Notes: generated by a model from the sequence alone, not told the origin. A stretch of 64,000 nucleotides of DNA from Candidatus Omnitrophota bacterium (GCA_023819145.1 JAMWCW010000003.1:78887-142886); one strand, 5' to 3'. Positions 50,720 through 61,667 are shown, numbered from the stretch's first letter. Program-made: numbers and translations.

Positions 50720-51286
50720 ATGGATAAAATAAAGATAGAGCAAGCAATTCGGGATATATTGGAAGCAATCGGGGAAAATCCTCGGAGAAAAGACCTGCAG
50801 GAAACACCTCGTCGGGTAGCAGAAATGTATGCAGAAGTGTTTTCGGGCATTAAAAAAGACCCTACACGAGAATTAGAAGTTATCTTAGACCAAAAGCACG
50901 ATGAAATAATTTTACTTAGAGATATTCCTCTTTACAGTTTTTGCGAACATCATCTTCTTCCCTTTATAGGGAAGGTGCATATAGCTTACCTTCCTAAAGG
51001 AGGGAGGGTAACGGGCTTGAGCAAGCTGGTAAGAGTAATTGAGGTTCTTTCTAAGCGTCTTCAGGTTCAAGAAAGACTCACCACTCAGATTGCCGACATT
51101 GTGATGAAAAAACTTCGGCCACTAGGAGTCATGGTGGTGGTGGAAGCGGAACATCTCTGCCTTTCGATGAGAGGGGTAAAAAAATCGGGTATTCTCACTG
51201 TAACTTCTGCAGTAAGAGGGATTTTCAAGGAGAATGAAAAAACCCGCTCAGAAGCGATGATGCTTATTAAAGGCGAACGGAGATAG
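50720..51286 (+). CDS. folE: GTP cyclohydrolase I
   Basis: [16 protein letters not shown] and GLSKL motifs; 188 aa. Confidence 0.9.
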   Translation: MDKIKIEQAIRDILEAIGENPRRKDLQETPRRVAEMYAEVFSGIKKDPTRELEVILDQKHDEIILLRDIPLYSFCEHHLLPFIGKVHIAYLPKGGRVTGLSKLVRVIEVLSKRLQVQERLTTQIADIVMKKLRPLGVMVVVEAEHLCLSMRGVKKSGILTVTSAVRGIFKENEKTRSEAMMLIKGERR

Positions 51287-51301
51287 TATTTACTACTTTA
51301 T

Positions 51302-52489
51302 ATGGTTACGGAGAAGAAAAGAATTTTAGTGGTGGATGATGAAGAGAATATGCGTTCTGCACTCTTTGATGTGCTGGAGATAGAAGGTTACGCGGTTAGT
51401 ACCAGCGCGGATAAAGAGGAGGCTTTAAGACTCCTCCATAATATTGAATTTGACCTCTTGCTTTTAGACCTCCGTTTAAAAGGAAGCAGTGGTCTTGATT
51501 TAATCTCTGCAGTTAAGGAAATAAAACCCCACATTGCGGTCATAGTTATAACAGGCTATCCTAATTTAGATTCGGCAATTGAATCCCTGCGGTTAGGAAT
51601 TTCTGACTATCTTTTAAAACCCATAAGCATAGAGAGTCTCAAAGCATCTATTCAGAACGCTCTCCTTCAAAAAGATAAAGAGAGACAAAAATCCTACCTT
51701 CTTAAGAAGTTAGAAGAGGCAGAGAAGAAAAGCGCAAAACTTGAAGAAACCTTATCGCAGGCAACCAAATTAATTTCTTTGGGGAAAATCGCTCCTTCTA
51801 TGTTCCATGAAGTAAAAAATCTTTTGGGGATTATGAATATATCTATTTATTATATAAAAAAAAGCATGGATACAAAAGACCCGAAGGTTAAGAAACACAT
51901 TGAGATTATTGAAAAGGAAATAGAACATTCCAACCAAATTATTATGGGGATGCTGGAGCTTTCACGCCGACAAGAAGATAAATATACTCTTTGTGATATA
52001 AATCAGTTAACGGAAGAAGCACTCTCTTTGCTAGCTCATGAACTGGAACTAAAAGGGATTAAAATTATTAAAGAGTACGCTGAGCATTTACCTTTTATTC
52101 CCTGTGAGCCTCACCAGATAAAACAGGTTTTTATCAATATTGTTCTCAATGCCCAAGATGCGATGCCCAAGGGTGGAGAATTGCGTGTTAAGACAGGTAG
52201 AGATAACGATTCTTTATACATAAAATTTATGGATACAGGTTGCGGAATAAAGAAAGGTGATTTGGAAAAAATTTTTACCCCCTTTTTTACCACCAAGAAA
52301 GAAAGCGGTGGTATGGGGTTGGGATTAGTAGTAAGTCAGGATATTGTGAAGAGATACGAAGGCACCATTTTAGTTGAGAGCATAGAAAATAAAGGCTCTA
52401 TCTTTACGGTTAGGTTTCCCATTAATAAGAAGTCCGCGGCGGAAGAAGAAAAGATAGAGAAAGAAAATAGTCTTTGCAATGGAACATAA
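51302..52489 (+). CDS. Sensor histidine kinase with N-terminal receiver (REC) domain
   Basis: REC (VVDDEENMR...DLLLLDLRLKG), HisKA H-box (FHEVKNLLG), HATPase_c (GMGLGLVV); no TM segments. Confidence 0.8.
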   Translation: MVTEKKRILVVDDEENMRSALFDVLEIEGYAVSTSADKEEALRLLHNIEFDLLLLDLRLKGSSGLDLISAVKEIKPHIAVIVITGYPNLDSAIESLRLGISDYLLKPISIESLKASIQNALLQKDKERQKSYLLKKLEEAEKKSAKLEETLSQATKLISLGKIAPSMFHEVKNLLGIMNISIYYIKKSMDTKDPKVKKHIEIIEKEIEHSNQIIMGMLELSRRQEDKYTLCDINQLTEEALSLLAHELELKGIKIIKEYAEHLPFIPCEPHQIKQVFINIVLNAQDAMPKGGELRVKTGRDNDSLYIKFMDTGCGIKKGDLEKIFTPFFTTKKESGGMGLGLVVSQDIVKRYEGTILVESIENKGSIFTVRFPINKKSAAEEEKIEKENSLCNGT

Positions 52490-53993
52490 TTTGGGTGCAA
52501 AAATTTTAGTAGTTGACGACGACCCTTTGATTTTGGAAACATTGAGAGATATATTAGATCTCGGGGGGTTTCAGACAATTTTATCCGCAGAGGCTCAAGA
52601 GGGCCTTGCTTTGATAAAGAGAGACAACATAGATTTGGTAATTACCGATATCAAGATGCCGACGATGAGTGGGATAGAGTTTCTGCGTTTAGTTAAAGAG
52701 ATTGACTTAGAAATCCCGGTGGTTATTATTACTGGTTTCGCTTCTTTGGAAACCGCTATCGAGGCGATTCGTGAAGGCGCTTATGATTATATAATTAAGC
52801 CTTTTGAGGTGGAAAAAATAATCGCGATTATTCAACGTGCGATAAAAGAGAGGAAGTTAACAGAGAAAAATAAAAACTTGCTGCGCGACCTCAAAGAAAC
52901 TGCCAGGGAATTGGATAAGCGTCTTCAGCAACTTTTTCATTTAGACAGGGTAAGTCGGACTATTTGTTCTGATTTTGAGTTGGAAGAATTTTTGCATGAC
53001 CTTTTAAACGCTACTGCCTCGGCAATAAATGCTAAAACAGGTTCACTTATGCTTTTTGATGATGAGGAAGGATGTTTGAGGATAAAAGCGCTTAAAGGAT
53101 TAAACCAAGCGCTCTTTGAGACAATAAAATTGAGAAAAGGGGAAGGCATCCCCGGTTTAGTTATGGAGAAGGCGAATATTATTTCTAGTGAAGATATTCG
53201 GAAAAGTAATTTAAATTTGGGGAAAATTGACTGGGAAATTTATCAATCTCCAAATTTCATCAGTATACCTATAAAGGGGAAGAATCGAATCTGGGGTGTT
53301 TTAAACTTGAGTGGTTGGGGAGAAGGTTTTTCTTTTAGTGAAGTTGATTTAAGACTACTTAGTATCCTTACTTCACAGGCTTGGGTTGCCATCGAGAATA
53401 GTAAATTAAATGGAGAATTGCAAAATTCTTACATCCATACCCTCCAGGTATTAGCCAATGCCATTGAAGCCAAATGTAAATATACACGCGGGCATTCTGA
53501 AAGAGTCACAAAATATGCTCTTCGATTTGCTATGCAATTAAAACTTTCAGAAAGAGAGATTAAGAAGATTCAATTTGCCTGTGGTGTACATGACATTGGC
53601 AAAATAAATATTTCGGATTCTATACTCAGTAAAACTACTCGCCTTGATGAAGAAGAATGGAAGATTATGCGTGAACATCCCAAAAAAGGAGTGGAGATTC
53701 TTATCCCTTTAGGGTTATTAAAAGAACTTATTCCCTTGGTGAAATATCACCACGAGCATTATGATGGGAATGGTTATCCGGAAGGTTTGAGAGAAAAAGA
53801 AATTCCTTTTGAAGCAAGAATTCTTACTCTTTTGGATGCCTATGATGCAATGACCTCCAGTCGTCCCTATAGGAAGAAAATGAGCAAAGAAAACGCCTTG
53901 AAAGAGATAGAAGATAATTTAGGTAAACAATTTGATCCTGAATTAGGAGAGAAATTTCTCAAAATCCATCACACCGTAGGAATTTTAGAGTGA
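52479..53993 (+). CDS. Response regulator with REC-GAF-HD-GYP domains (c-di-GMP phosphodiesterase type)
   Basis: REC (VVDDDPLIL...DLVITDIKMP), GAF region, HD-GYP (HSERV...CGVHDIGK...HHEHYDGNGYPEGL). Overlaps the upstream kinase by 11 nt. Confidence 0.8.
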   Translation: MEHNLGAKILVVDDDPLILETLRDILDLGGFQTILSAEAQEGLALIKRDNIDLVITDIKMPTMSGIEFLRLVKEIDLEIPVVIITGFASLETAIEAIREGAYDYIIKPFEVEKIIAIIQRAIKERKLTEKNKNLLRDLKETARELDKRLQQLFHLDRVSRTICSDFELEEFLHDLLNATASAINAKTGSLMLFDDEEGCLRIKALKGLNQALFETIKLRKGEGIPGLVMEKANIISSEDIRKSNLNLGKIDWEIYQSPNFISIPIKGKNRIWGVLNLSGWGEGFSFSEVDLRLLSILTSQAWVAIENSKLNGELQNSYIHTLQVLANAIEAKCKYTRGHSERVTKYALRFAMQLKLSEREIKKIQFACGVHDIGKINISDSILSKTTRLDEEEWKIMREHPKKGVEILIPLGLLKELIPLVKYHHEHYDGNGYPEGLREKEIPFEARILTLLDAYDAMTSSRPYRKKMSKENALKEIEDNLGKQFDPELGEKFLKIHHTVGILE

Positions 53994-54163
53994 ACTTTGT
54001 TTAAGTTATATTTTTAGATTAATTTCCTACCTTTTTTCGAGAGTTTCATTTATAAGTTTTTTTATAAATCAAGTACTTATCTATCATAAACTTTTCGGGA
54101 ACGTGGGTAAGAACTTTGTGAAAGATAAGAAAATGAGAATAGTGTTTAAATTAAAAGATAACC

Positions 54164-54763
54164 ATGGATAAGGAATTGAGAGAGATAAAATTAGGCGAGG
54201 TAGAGGTCTATTTTTCATATTCCCAGCCTCCGCAGCAGAATTACTTCGTTCTTTCTGAAGAAATTCAGGGTTTTGGGGTTTTTTGTGAGGATAAAAAATG
54301 TAAAAAAGAGTGTTCCCAAGGTGATTGCTCAGGAAAATTAAAAGTAGAAACCAGCGAGCTAGTTTTGGGAAAGGGAACTGTTAGGGCATTGAAATTTAGC
54401 TACGAAGGAGAAGGGAGATTATGGTTCTGGTTTGGTCCGGCGATGAGGGAAATTTTTAGCTTAGAAACAAAAATTCTCTTGGAAGTTCTAGCTAAGGATA
54501 ATATAAGCGGTTATATGATAATTACTGAATTAGTAGTTAGTGAAACCGAGGAGGTTCTTGGTTCTTATAACATTACGGAGAATTTGAGATGCCGTAATCA
54601 ATGGAATGTAGTAGAGATTCCTTTGGGAGTAGGAGGTTTTAATATAGACTGGTTTAAACTTGCTAAACCCGGAACTTTCACTTTAGCAGTTAAAATCCTG
54701 CCTTTAGAAAACGAGAAAGAACCAAAAGGTAGTCTTTACTTTCGAAGCTTGATTATAAAATAG
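54164..54763 (+). CDS. Hypothetical protein
   Basis: 199 aa, Cys cluster CKKECSQGDCSG, otherwise no motifs. Confidence 0.3.
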   Translation: MDKELREIKLGEVEVYFSYSQPPQQNYFVLSEEIQGFGVFCEDKKCKKECSQGDCSGKLKVETSELVLGKGTVRALKFSYEGEGRLWFWFGPAMREIFSLETKILLEVLAKDNISGYMIITELVVSETEEVLGSYNITENLRCRNQWNVVEIPLGVGGFNIDWFKLAKPGTFTLAVKILPLENEKEPKGSLYFRSLIIK

Positions 54764-54780
54764 CCTTATACATAAATCTC

Positions 54781-56346
54781 TTGCAGTTTAATACCTATTT
54801 TCATAAAATATTACCTATGCTTTCCAAAGTTTATTCTGCTTCGGTTTTAGGTTTAGAAGCCTATGGAGTGGAGATTGAGGTGGATGTGGTAGGAGGAATT
54901 CCTACGGTTGCTGTGGTAGGACTTCCGGATACTGCAGTTAAAGAGTCCAAAGATAGGGTTAAGGCAGCAATAAAAAATTCTCAATTTGCATATCCTCCGC
55001 GGAAAATTACCGTAAATCTTGCTCCTGCAGATATAAAAAAAGAAGGCCCGAGTTTTGACCTGCCTATTGCTATAGGTATTATTGCTGCTACCTCTCAGAT
55101 AAATTCGGAAAGATTAAAAGAATTTGTTGTTTTAGGAGAGCTTGCGCTTAATGGTGAGGTAAGAAAGATAAAAGGAGTTTTACCCATTGCTTTATATTTA
55201 AAGAATGGTCCTTTGAGAAAGTTGATTCTCCCTTTGGATAATGCGAAAGAGGCAGCAGTGGTAGAGGGAATTGAAGTTTATGCGGTGAGAAGCTTATCGG
55301 AGGCAGTGGCTTTTTTAAATGGGGCAATAGAGATTATTCCATATAAACTGGATAGGGAGGAATTGTTAAAGAGATTATCCCATTACGAAGTGGATTTCTC
55401 TGAGGTTAAAGGACAAGAATTCGTTAAACGCGCTTTAGAGATAGCTGCTACGGGTTACCATAACATCCTTATGATTGGGCCACCCGGTGGGGGTAAAACT
55501 ATGCTGGCAAAGAGACTCCCTACCATCCTTCCGGAAATGACTTGGGAGGAGTGTCTGGAAACCACACGGATCTATAGTGTAGCAGGAGCTATTTCTTCAG
55601 GAGAGGCACTGGTTACCGAGAGGCCATTTCGCATTGTTCATCACACCGCTTCGGACATTGCTCTTGTCGGAGGAGGGGCAATTCCTAAGCCCGGAGAAGT
55701 GAGCCTTGCTCACAATGGTATTTTATTTTTAGATGAACTTCCGGAGTTTCATCGAGATGCCTTAGAAGTTTTGCGACAGCCATTGGAAGATGGGAAAATT
55801 ACCATTTCTCGTGCCAGTAGGACATTGACTTTTTTTTCCCGTTTCCTACTCTGTGCCACTATGAATCCTTGCCCTTGTGGTTATTTTGGTTCATCTCGTG
55901 AATGCCATTGTACTCCTCGGAGGATTCAGCAATATCGTGCGAAGATTTCCGGACCCCTTCTTGACCGCATTGATATTCATATAGAAGTTCCTGCTCTAAA
56001 ATATAAAGAACTCTTGGGTAAACAAGAAGGGGAATCTTCTTCAGAGATAAGGAAAAGGGTGAATAGAGCAAGAAAGATACAACTTAAGCGTTTAAAAAGC
56101 TCAGGCATAAATTTTAATTCACAAATGAATAGTCGCTTGATAAAGAAATTCTGTCAGTTAGGAAAAGAGTCTCAAGAGTTATTAAAAATGGCAATTGATG
56201 AATTGGGAATTTCTGCCCGCGCGTATGACAAAATACTGAAAGTGGCACGAACTATCGCTGACTTAGCGGGTAGAGAAAATATACTCCCAGAACATATCTC
56301 CGAAGCAATCCAATATAGGACTCTGGATAGAAATCTCTGGATGTGA
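54781..56346 (+). CDS. comM: Mg-chelatase-like AAA+ ATPase YifB/ComM
   Basis: ChlI-like N-terminal domain, Walker A GPPGGGKT, C-terminal Mg-chelatase domain; likely start MLSKVYSA at about 54817. Confidence 0.85.
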   Translation: MQFNTYFHKILPMLSKVYSASVLGLEAYGVEIEVDVVGGIPTVAVVGLPDTAVKESKDRVKAAIKNSQFAYPPRKITVNLAPADIKKEGPSFDLPIAIGIIAATSQINSERLKEFVVLGELALNGEVRKIKGVLPIALYLKNGPLRKLILPLDNAKEAAVVEGIEVYAVRSLSEAVAFLNGAIEIIPYKLDREELLKRLSHYEVDFSEVKGQEFVKRALEIAATGYHNILMIGPPGGGKTMLAKRLPTILPEMTWEECLETTRIYSVAGAISSGEALVTERPFRIVHHTASDIALVGGGAIPKPGEVSLAHNGILFLDELPEFHRDALEVLRQPLEDGKITISRASRTLTFFSRFLLCATMNPCPCGYFGSSRECHCTPRRIQQYRAKISGPLLDRIDIHIEVPALKYKELLGKQEGESSSEIRKRVNRARKIQLKRLKSSGINFNSQMNSRLIKKFCQLGKESQELLKMAIDELGISARAYDKILKVARTIADLAGRENILPEHISEAIQYRTLDRNLWM

Positions 56347-56375
56347 TTAATAAATAGATTAAAGGGAGGGTAATA

Positions 56376-57308
56376 ATGAAGGATTTTAAAAAGATTATAC
56401 GTCCGCTGCTGGGGTTATTTATTTTAGTTTTAATCTTCTTCAGCATTGTTTCTTTAGTAACGATTTTTCCATCAAAAGGGTTCGCTAAGCGATGGGAATT
56501 TAAAAAGATATATACAAAAGCATTAGAGGAGGAAAAAAGAGGAAGTCTCGGCAAAGCGATAGAATATTTAGAGAAGATAGATGATAGTTTTGGAAAGGAT
56601 AAAAAAATTTATAATGCTTGGTTTAAACTCGCTTTGCTTTATGAGAAGGCTAATCGCTTCTTAGAAGCAAAAAAGCTTTTAGAAAAGATAATCTTAGAAT
56701 CGGGGACAGGAGACATCATTAAGAAAGCCCAAGAAGAATTGGGTAAGCTTAATATAAAGATTATTTTTTCTCCTCTTGTCACCGAAAACGCTTTTCTTTA
56801 TGAAGTAAAAGAAGGGGATTCACTAATTAAAATTGCTCAACGGTTTAATACTACCGTAGAACTTATTAGAAAGGCAAATAATCTTAAAGAAGATGCCTTT
56901 CTTCGCCCAGGGATGAAACTAAAAATAACTAAAGAAAAATTTTCTGTTTTGGTAGATAAATCTCAGAATACCCTTACCCTTAAGGCAGATGATAGAGTGG
57001 TTAAAGTATATACCGTTTCCACCGGTCTAAATAATATCACTCCTGTGGGTACCTTTAAAATTATTAACAAAATTACCAAGCCGGTATGGTATAAAGATGG
57101 TAAAGTTATTTCCCCGGATGATCCGGAAAATATTTTAGGAAGTCACTGGTTAGGAATTTCTGAACGCGGATACGGCATACATGGAACAACCCAACCCGAG
57201 ACAATTGGCAAGCATGTTACTCAAGGTTGCGTAAGGATGTATAATCATGATGTAGAAGAACTCTATATTATTTTGCCTATCGGAACGGAAGTAACCATTA
57301 TGGAATAA
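56376..57308 (+). CDS. LysM-domain L,D-transpeptidase (YkuD family)
   Basis: N-terminal TM anchor, LysM (YEVKEGDSLIKIAQRFNTTVELIRKANNL), catalytic HGT...GCVRM motif. Confidence 0.8.
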   Translation: MKDFKKIIRPLLGLFILVLIFFSIVSLVTIFPSKGFAKRWEFKKIYTKALEEEKRGSLGKAIEYLEKIDDSFGKDKKIYNAWFKLALLYEKANRFLEAKKLLEKIILESGTGDIIKKAQEELGKLNIKIIFSPLVTENAFLYEVKEGDSLIKIAQRFNTTVELIRKANNLKEDAFLRPGMKLKITKEKFSVLVDKSQNTLTLKADDRVVKVYTVSTGLNNITPVGTFKIINKITKPVWYKDGKVISPDDPENILGSHWLGISERGYGIHGTTQPETIGKHVTQGCVRMYNHDVEELYIILPIGTEVTIME

Positions 57309-57447
57309 GAATATTTTTATTCCGCACTAGAAAAAACCTATTTGGGATAGAGGGGGGGGGAAGAACAGTTCTTCTGAAAGTTTGTTTCCCAAAGTCGCAG
57401 CGGTAAAGCTGTGGTTAGATGTTTACTAATTAACGAAGGTTACTAAA

Positions 57448-58407
57448 ATGAATGGACTTGATTTTGAGAAACCGATTATAGAATTAGAGCGAAGAATTGA
57501 AGAATTAAGAAAATTTTCTGAGGCAAAGAAGATAGACCTTTCTATAGAGATAAAACGCCTCGAAGATAAACTTGAGACCATCCGGCATAATATCTTTGAG
57601 AATCTTACTCCTTGGCAGAGAGTTCAGATTGCAAGGCATCCTTCACGACCTTATACCTTGGATTACATAAATATGATGATGACTGATTTCATAGAATTTC
57701 ATGGAGATAGACTCTTTGGTGATGACAAAGCAATCGTGTGTGGTTTTGCCCGCTTGGAAAAGACAAAAGTCTGTGTCCTGGGGCATCAGAAAGGAAGAGA
57801 TACAAAAGAAAATATCTATCGTAATTTTGGCTGTGCTCACCCAGAAGGATACCGTAAGGCAATGCGTTTAATGCAGATGGCAGAGAAATTTAGAATCCCA
57901 GTAATTGTTTTTATCGATACTCCCGGTGCTTACCCGGGAATTGGAGCAGAAGAAAGAGGGCAAGCACATTCTATTGCTTATAATCTAAGAGAAATGGTTA
58001 ACCTCAAAATTCCCATCATTGTGATAGTGATCGGTGAAGGAGGCAGTGGTGGGGCTTTGGGAATAGGCATCGGAGACAAACTTCTTATTTTAGAGAATGC
58101 TTACTATTCAGTAATTTCTCCCGAAGGTTGTGCTGCAATTTTATGGAGAGAACGTTCTAAAGCGAGTGAAGCAGCAGAGGCATTAAAACTAACTGCTGAA
58201 GACTTATTGGAATTGGGTATTGTGGATGAAGTGCTGGCTGAACCTTTAGGAGGGGCACACCATGACCCTCAGGAGACTGCCGAGACAATTAAGAAAGCTT
58301 TAAAGAGGTATCTGAAAGAACTTTCAGAAATTCCTGTAGAAGAACTGTTGAGTAGACGCTACGATAAATACCGGAAGATAGGATTATGGGAGGAGAAAAA
58401 CGGATGA
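57448..58407 (+). CDS. accA: Acetyl-CoA carboxylase carboxyltransferase alpha subunit
   Basis: DTPGAYPG and [10 protein letters not shown] motifs; 319 aa. Confidence 0.9.
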   Translation: MNGLDFEKPIIELERRIEELRKFSEAKKIDLSIEIKRLEDKLETIRHNIFENLTPWQRVQIARHPSRPYTLDYINMMMTDFIEFHGDRLFGDDKAIVCGFARLEKTKVCVLGHQKGRDTKENIYRNFGCAHPEGYRKAMRLMQMAEKFRIPVIVFIDTPGAYPGIGAEERGQAHSIAYNLREMVNLKIPIIVIVIGEGGSGGALGIGIGDKLLILENAYYSVISPEGCAAILWRERSKASEAAEALKLTAEDLLELGIVDEVLAEPLGGAHHDPQETAETIKKALKRYLKELSEIPVEELLSRRYDKYRKIGLWEEKNG

Positions 58408-58441
58408 ATACGGCTTGAAAAAGATATAAAAATAGATACGG

Positions 58442-60091
58442 ATGAAAACGATTGTTGAAATTTTTTCAGAAGCAACAGAAAAATTTAAAGATAGAGTAGG
58501 AATACAGATGGTCTCTGATGGGGAAAAAGAGGCCATTTTTTATGCTCAGATTCGGTTGAAGGTAGAGAAAATCATTTGGCGATTGAAGAATTGGGGTATA
58601 GAGAAAGGAACTCCTATTGGCATTTTGTCGGAGAATCGTCCCGAATGGGTCTATGCTTATTTTGCCATTTTAAGTGCAGGGGGAGTAGTAGTAGGTATTG
58701 ATATCAATCTGAAGCCACAGGAAATTTTATTCATTCTTCAGCACGCGGAGATAAAGATCATCTTTGTGTCTAAAAATAACCTCCCTATAATCTCAGAGAT
58801 GGACAAAAGCTCTTTACTTGAGAAAATAATTTGTTTTGATGATGGGGAGGGAGATGGGATATGCCGTCTCTCTGATATTCTTAAGGAAGATTTTGCATTT
58901 TTACCTTCTACTGAAGTTTCAGTAGATGACCTTGCGATGCTTGTTTACACATCCGGAACAACCGGTAATCCTAAGGCGGTTATGCTTAGCCACCGTAACA
59001 TTACGAGCAATATAAAAATGATACGCAAGATTTTTCAATGGGATTGGCGGGACAATTTTTTGTCCCTTTTACCCCTTTCTCATATGTTTGAGCTCACCTG
59101 CGGATTACTTGCTCCATTCTCTTCGGGAGCGAAGATTACTTATATCAGTTCATTGAGACCCGATTATATTTTAGATACGATGAAGGACGAGAAGGTAACT
59201 TTTGTGATGGTAGTCCCTGGCATATTACGTTTAATCCGTATGGAGATATTAAAACACATAAAACAAATTTCCCTAAAGAAAAAACTTATTTTTTATTTAT
59301 GTTTTGGAATCTGTGCGGTATTTCGGTTGTTTAATTTAAATTTGGGTAAGATAATGTTTAAAAAAATCCATGAGCGCTTTGGCAGGAGTTTAAAATTTTT
59401 TGTCAGTGGAGGAGCTCCTTTGTCTCCTTTTATTATTTGGTGGTTTGATGTTTTGGGGATTACAATATTACAGGGCTATGGACTAACCGAAGCTTCTCCC
59501 GTTATTTCTGTGAATACTCCTTTAGAAAACCGCATCGGTTCAGTAGGAAAACCTCTTCCGGGTATAGAGGTAAGAATCGAGAACGATTTCGCTACGGGAG
59601 AAGTATTGGTAAGGGGTGAAAATGTAATGCTTGGCTATTATAAAAATACCCAGGAGTCAAAAAGCGCTTTGAGAGACAATTGGCTCTATACGGGTGATAT
59701 AGGAAGAATAGATAGCCATGGTTTTCTCTATATTCTGGGAAGAGAAAAAAATGTAATTGTTTTGGAATCGGGGTTAAAAGTTTATCCTGAAGAATTAGAA
59801 GAAGAATTACTCAAGAAACCCGCGATTCGTGAAGTATGCGTCATTGGTAAGAGAGAGTTTGGTTATCCCGAGGAGAAGGTATATGCCTTAATTGTTCCTC
59901 ATGAAGAATACCTGGGTTTGACGTTAGATAAAGATTTAGATAAAATAAGGGAGTTTTTGGAGAAAGAGGTAAAGGCTTTAAACGAACGTTTGGCTGCCTA
60001 TAAGCACATCCGTGGATTTGAGATACGCAAGGACCTTCCCAAAACTGCCACCCGAAAAATAAAGAAAGAACTAGTTAAAAATACGCTTTAA
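58442..60091 (+). CDS. Long-chain-fatty-acid--CoA ligase (AMP-binding enzyme)
   Basis: AMP-binding signature LVYTSGTTGNPKAVMLSHRN, GYGLTE, and a C-terminal lid with conserved Lys. Confidence 0.8.
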   Translation: MKTIVEIFSEATEKFKDRVGIQMVSDGEKEAIFYAQIRLKVEKIIWRLKNWGIEKGTPIGILSENRPEWVYAYFAILSAGGVVVGIDINLKPQEILFILQHAEIKIIFVSKNNLPIISEMDKSSLLEKIICFDDGEGDGICRLSDILKEDFAFLPSTEVSVDDLAMLVYTSGTTGNPKAVMLSHRNITSNIKMIRKIFQWDWRDNFLSLLPLSHMFELTCGLLAPFSSGAKITYISSLRPDYILDTMKDEKVTFVMVVPGILRLIRMEILKHIKQISLKKKLIFYLCFGICAVFRLFNLNLGKIMFKKIHERFGRSLKFFVSGGAPLSPFIIWWFDVLGITILQGYGLTEASPVISVNTPLENRIGSVGKPLPGIEVRIENDFATGEVLVRGENVMLGYYKNTQESKSALRDNWLYTGDIGRIDSHGFLYILGREKNVIVLESGLKVYPEELEEELLKKPAIREVCVIGKREFGYPEEKVYALIVPHEEYLGLTLDKDLDKIREFLEKEVKALNERLAAYKHIRGFEIRKDLPKTATRKIKKELVKNTL

Positions 60092-60099
60092 GATTTATA

Positions 60100-60182
60100 T
60101 GCTGGAGGTGGGAGTTGAACCCACACGGGTGTAACCCCACCGGTTTTTGAGACCGGCGTGTATGCCATTCCACCACTCCAGC
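60100..60182 (-). tRNA. tRNA-Leu (anticodon CAA), class II with long variable arm
   Basis: Reverse complement GCTGGAG...CTCCAGCA folds into a cloverleaf. 7-bp acceptor stem; anticodon stem CCGGT/ACCGG with loop CTCAAAA; long variable arm; GTTCAACTC T-loop. Confidence 0.75.
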
Positions 60183-60221
60183 ATTAATTCTTATACCCAT
60201 AAACTCTACTACCACTTTTTA

Positions 60222-60635
60222 CTAGTGAAGCACCTGTCTATTTTTTGCTCCTTGACGTAATTGCAAGGCTCGAGGAGGTCCGATAATCGCAGAGTAAATT
60301 ATGGCAGTTTCTAATTCATGGGGAGAGATTGTTTCTCCCTTTTCTGTTTTAGATAGTTTTATTTCTTCAACCTTTTCTTTTTTTTCTAAGTTTATCTCTT
60401 GAATTTTTTCAACTTCTAATTCTTGCGCTTTTTCTTTTTCTTCAAACACTACCTCTGCAGGAAGATTTTCTTCCCCGTAGGGTATTTCCAGAGTTTCCAA
60501 AAGGTCTTCTAAGGGGTTTTTGGGGGAAGTTTTTTCTTCAACAGGTGTATGTCTTTTCTTGCGTTCTAAAATTTGTCCCACCGATTGTAAGACAAAGAGG
60601 ATAACGATAAAAAATAGAAAAAATAAATTCTCCAT
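60222..60635 (-). CDS. Hypothetical N-terminally anchored Glu/Lys-rich protein
   Basis: One TM helix followed by a charged low-complexity region; downstream of floA on the - strand. Confidence 0.3.
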   Translation of the reverse strand: MENLFFLFFIVILFVLQSVGQILERKKRHTPVEEKTSPKNPLEDLLETLEIPYGEENLPAEVVFEEKEKAQELEVEKIQEINLEKKEKVEEIKLSKTEKGETISPHELETAIIYSAIIGPPRALQLRQGAKNRQVLH

Positions 60636-60683
60636 TACCTAAATTACCTCTTTACAAACGGATTGTTATAGATAAATTTATAT

Positions 60684-61667
60684 TTAATCTTTTTCTTTCT
60701 TTTTCTCCTCAGTCGGTTTACCAATTCGCTCCCGCATCTCCGTATCTGCTTGGATGTTTCGTAGCGAATAATAATCCATTACTCCCAGTTTTCCCTCTTT
60801 AAAGGCATAAGCAATTGCTTTAGGAATTTCTGCCTCTGCTTCTACCACCTTTGCTCGCATCTCTTGGACGCGTGCTTTCATTTCCTGCTCTTGGGCTACG
60901 GCAAGAGCCCTTCTTGTCTCCGCTTTTGCCTGGGCAACTTTTAAATCTGCTTCTGCCTGGTCTGCCTGAAGCTGAGCGCCGATATTTTTCCCTACATCAA
61001 CATCCGCAATATCAATGGAAAGAATCTCAAAAGCAGTGCCCGAATCCAACCCTTTTGCCAAAACAGTTTTAGAAATTAAATCAGGGTTCTCTAAAACATT
61101 TTTATAACTCTCGGCAGAACCGATGGTAGTAACAATTCCTTCCCCAACACGGGCGATAATCGTTTCCTCAGTTGCTCCTCCTACCAGCCGTTCGATATTG
61201 GCACGCACCGTTACGCGTGCTTTTGCCTTTAATTCTATGCCATCTTTGGCGACTGCTGCCAGAACTCCTTCTTTAGGGGCATCAATTACTTTGGGATTTA
61301 CTGAAGTTTTCACTGCATCCAAAACATCCCGTCCCGCAAGGTCGATAGCACAGGCCCGTTCAAATTTTAAGTCGAGATTTGCTTTATCTGCAGAGATTAA
61401 TGCTTTAACGACACGAATTACGTCTCCGCCTGCAAGATAATGCGCTTCTAATCCATCCAATTTTATAGAAAGCCCAGCTTTATGGAGCATAATTAGACCG
61501 GGAACAATAATCCGCGGGTCAACATTGCGTAGGCGCATGCCGATTAGACTGAAGATAGAAATTCTTACTCCTGCGGCAATAGCCGCAATCCAGAGTCGCA
61601 CGGGAATGAAATAGCCAAAGAGAAAAAGCGTTGCTACAATAACTATAGCGATGACAAATACAGGCAT
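60684..61667 (-). CDS. floA: Flotillin-like protein FloA (SPFH/band-7, YqfA family)
   Basis: Near-colinear match by eye to the FloA family pattern (GVRISIF..GMRLR...AHYLAGG...[10 protein letters not shown]...[11 protein letters not shown]...[19 protein letters not shown]...QADQAEAD). Confidence 0.85.
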   Translation of the reverse strand: MPVFVIAIVIVATLFLFGYFIPVRLWIAAIAAGVRISIFSLIGMRLRNVDPRIIVPGLIMLHKAGLSIKLDGLEAHYLAGGDVIRVVKALISADKANLDLKFERACAIDLAGRDVLDAVKTSVNPKVIDAPKEGVLAAVAKDGIELKAKARVTVRANIERLVGGATEETIIARVGEGIVTTIGSAESYKNVLENPDLISKTVLAKGLDSGTAFEILSIDIADVDVGKNIGAQLQADQAEADLKVAQAKAETRRALAVAQEQEMKARVQEMRAKVVEAEAEIPKAIAYAFKEGKLGVMDYYSLRNIQADTEMRERIGKPTEEKKKEKD

